This document shows positions 63,707 through 64,000 of a DNA stretch of 64,000 bases, piece after piece (position 1 is the stretch's first letter; each line of letters begins with the position of its first letter). The notes below the pieces were generated by a model, which searched no databases, was not told the origin of the DNA, and worked only from the letters and a program-made list of their open reading frames with translations. Source of the stretch: Phycisphaerae bacterium (GTDB lineage Bacteria > Planctomycetota > Phycisphaerae > UBA1845); the NCBI GenBank assembly GCA_029260115.1, contig JAJDDW010000010.1:695-64694 (forward strand). The letters run 5' to 3'. The position numbers and the translations under genes are program-made.

Positions 63707-64000
63707 ATGACAGACAGCTATCGGACCGGCATCGGATACGACATCCACCGACTCGTCGATGATCGACCGCTGATCATCGGTGGCGTGAAAATCCCTCATA
63801 ACAAAGGATTACTAGGCCATAGCGACGCCGACGTCGTCCTCCACGCCGTCACAGACGCCCTACTCGGGGCTGCGGGGCTAGGCGATATTGGCGATTTGTT
63901 TCCTGATACCGACCCGGCATACAAAGACATCGACAGCAAAATCCTACTCACCAGAGTCATGGAAAAACTAAGAGCCTCAAATTACACTCCTTCCAACCTC
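63707..64000 (+). CDS. ispF: 2-C-methyl-D-erythritol 2,4-cyclodiphosphate synthase (5' part, runs off the window end)
   Basis: My own translation from the ATG at 63707 gives [81 protein letters not shown]... These are canonical IspF motifs. The gene is absent from the ORF track because it is truncated. Confidence 0.9.
   Translation, partial: MTDSYRTGIGYDIHRLVDDRPLIIGGVKIPHNKGLLGHSDADVVLHAVTDALLGAAGLGDIGDLFPDTDPAYKDIDSKILLTRVMEKLRASNYTPSNL

Noticed and set aside
63578-63799. 73 aa minus-strand ORF at the window end
   Set aside because: It overlaps the plus-strand frame starting at 63707, which carries canonical IspF motifs ([30 protein letters not shown]). The minus-strand ORF is a shadow.
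1-64000. Search for CRISPR arrays, tRNA/rRNA genes, transposases, integrases and toxin-antitoxin pairs
   Set aside because: By eye I found no regularly spaced direct repeats, no T-loop GGTTCGAATCC-type cloverleaf candidates in intergenic DNA, and no DDE, tyrosine or serine recombinase motifs in any listed ORF. Absence by eye is not proof, so tRNAscan, Infernal and ISfinder searches should confirm it.

Overview
This 64 kb window reads as bacterial chromosome, with about 50% GC overall by eye. Gene content suggests Planctomycetota or a related phylum, but that is inference only. I saw no rRNA, tRNA, CRISPR array, transposase or integrase.

Most of the window is housekeeping backbone:
- mfd plus a parvulin-type PPIase lipoprotein, rnd and gyrA.
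- An Mrp/ApbC Fe-S carrier, a fused MoaD-MoaE and nth.
- A complete rpmF-plsX-fabH-fabD-fabG-acpP-fabF cluster.
- cca, rsmD, feoA-feoB plus a small Cys-rich partner, and an RND-MFP-TolC efflux operon.
- comM/yifB, an rsmJ-like gene, tadA, an arsC-type LMW-PTP gene and the 5' part of ispF.

The parts worth a second look are:
1. A GC-rich patch at about 22.06-26.64 kb, between nth and rpmF. It carries a PepSY-like protein, a response regulator and a histidine kinase in one operon, plus a Kazal-like mini-protein, a VOC enzyme, about 750 nt of non-coding DNA, a G11 tract and an (AT)8 tract.
2. A secreted protein built from five tandem six-cysteine repeats. It sits behind a palindrome-dense leader and directly upstream of an ECF sigma / anti-sigma / charged periplasmic protein operon.
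3. A fusion of an archaeal-type adenylate-kinase-like domain with a nucleoside 2-deoxyribosyltransferase/DNPH1-like domain, followed by a 118 aa partner.
4. A bacterial gene with striking motif-level similarity to eukaryotic GTDC1, the tRNA-queuosine mannosyltransferase (DUF3524).
5. A YkgJ / HYExAFE (PD-(D/E)xK-like) pair followed by three small membrane-anchored proteins, two of them tandem paralogs.
6. An isolated mini FliN carrying a FliM-type LSQxxIxAL N-terminal peptide.
7. A large thrombospondin-type-3 / cysteine-repeat secreted protein.
8. Several perfect intergenic palindromes, including one placed like an operator on the feoAB promoter.

All functional calls come from motif recognition by eye. 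No database search was run.
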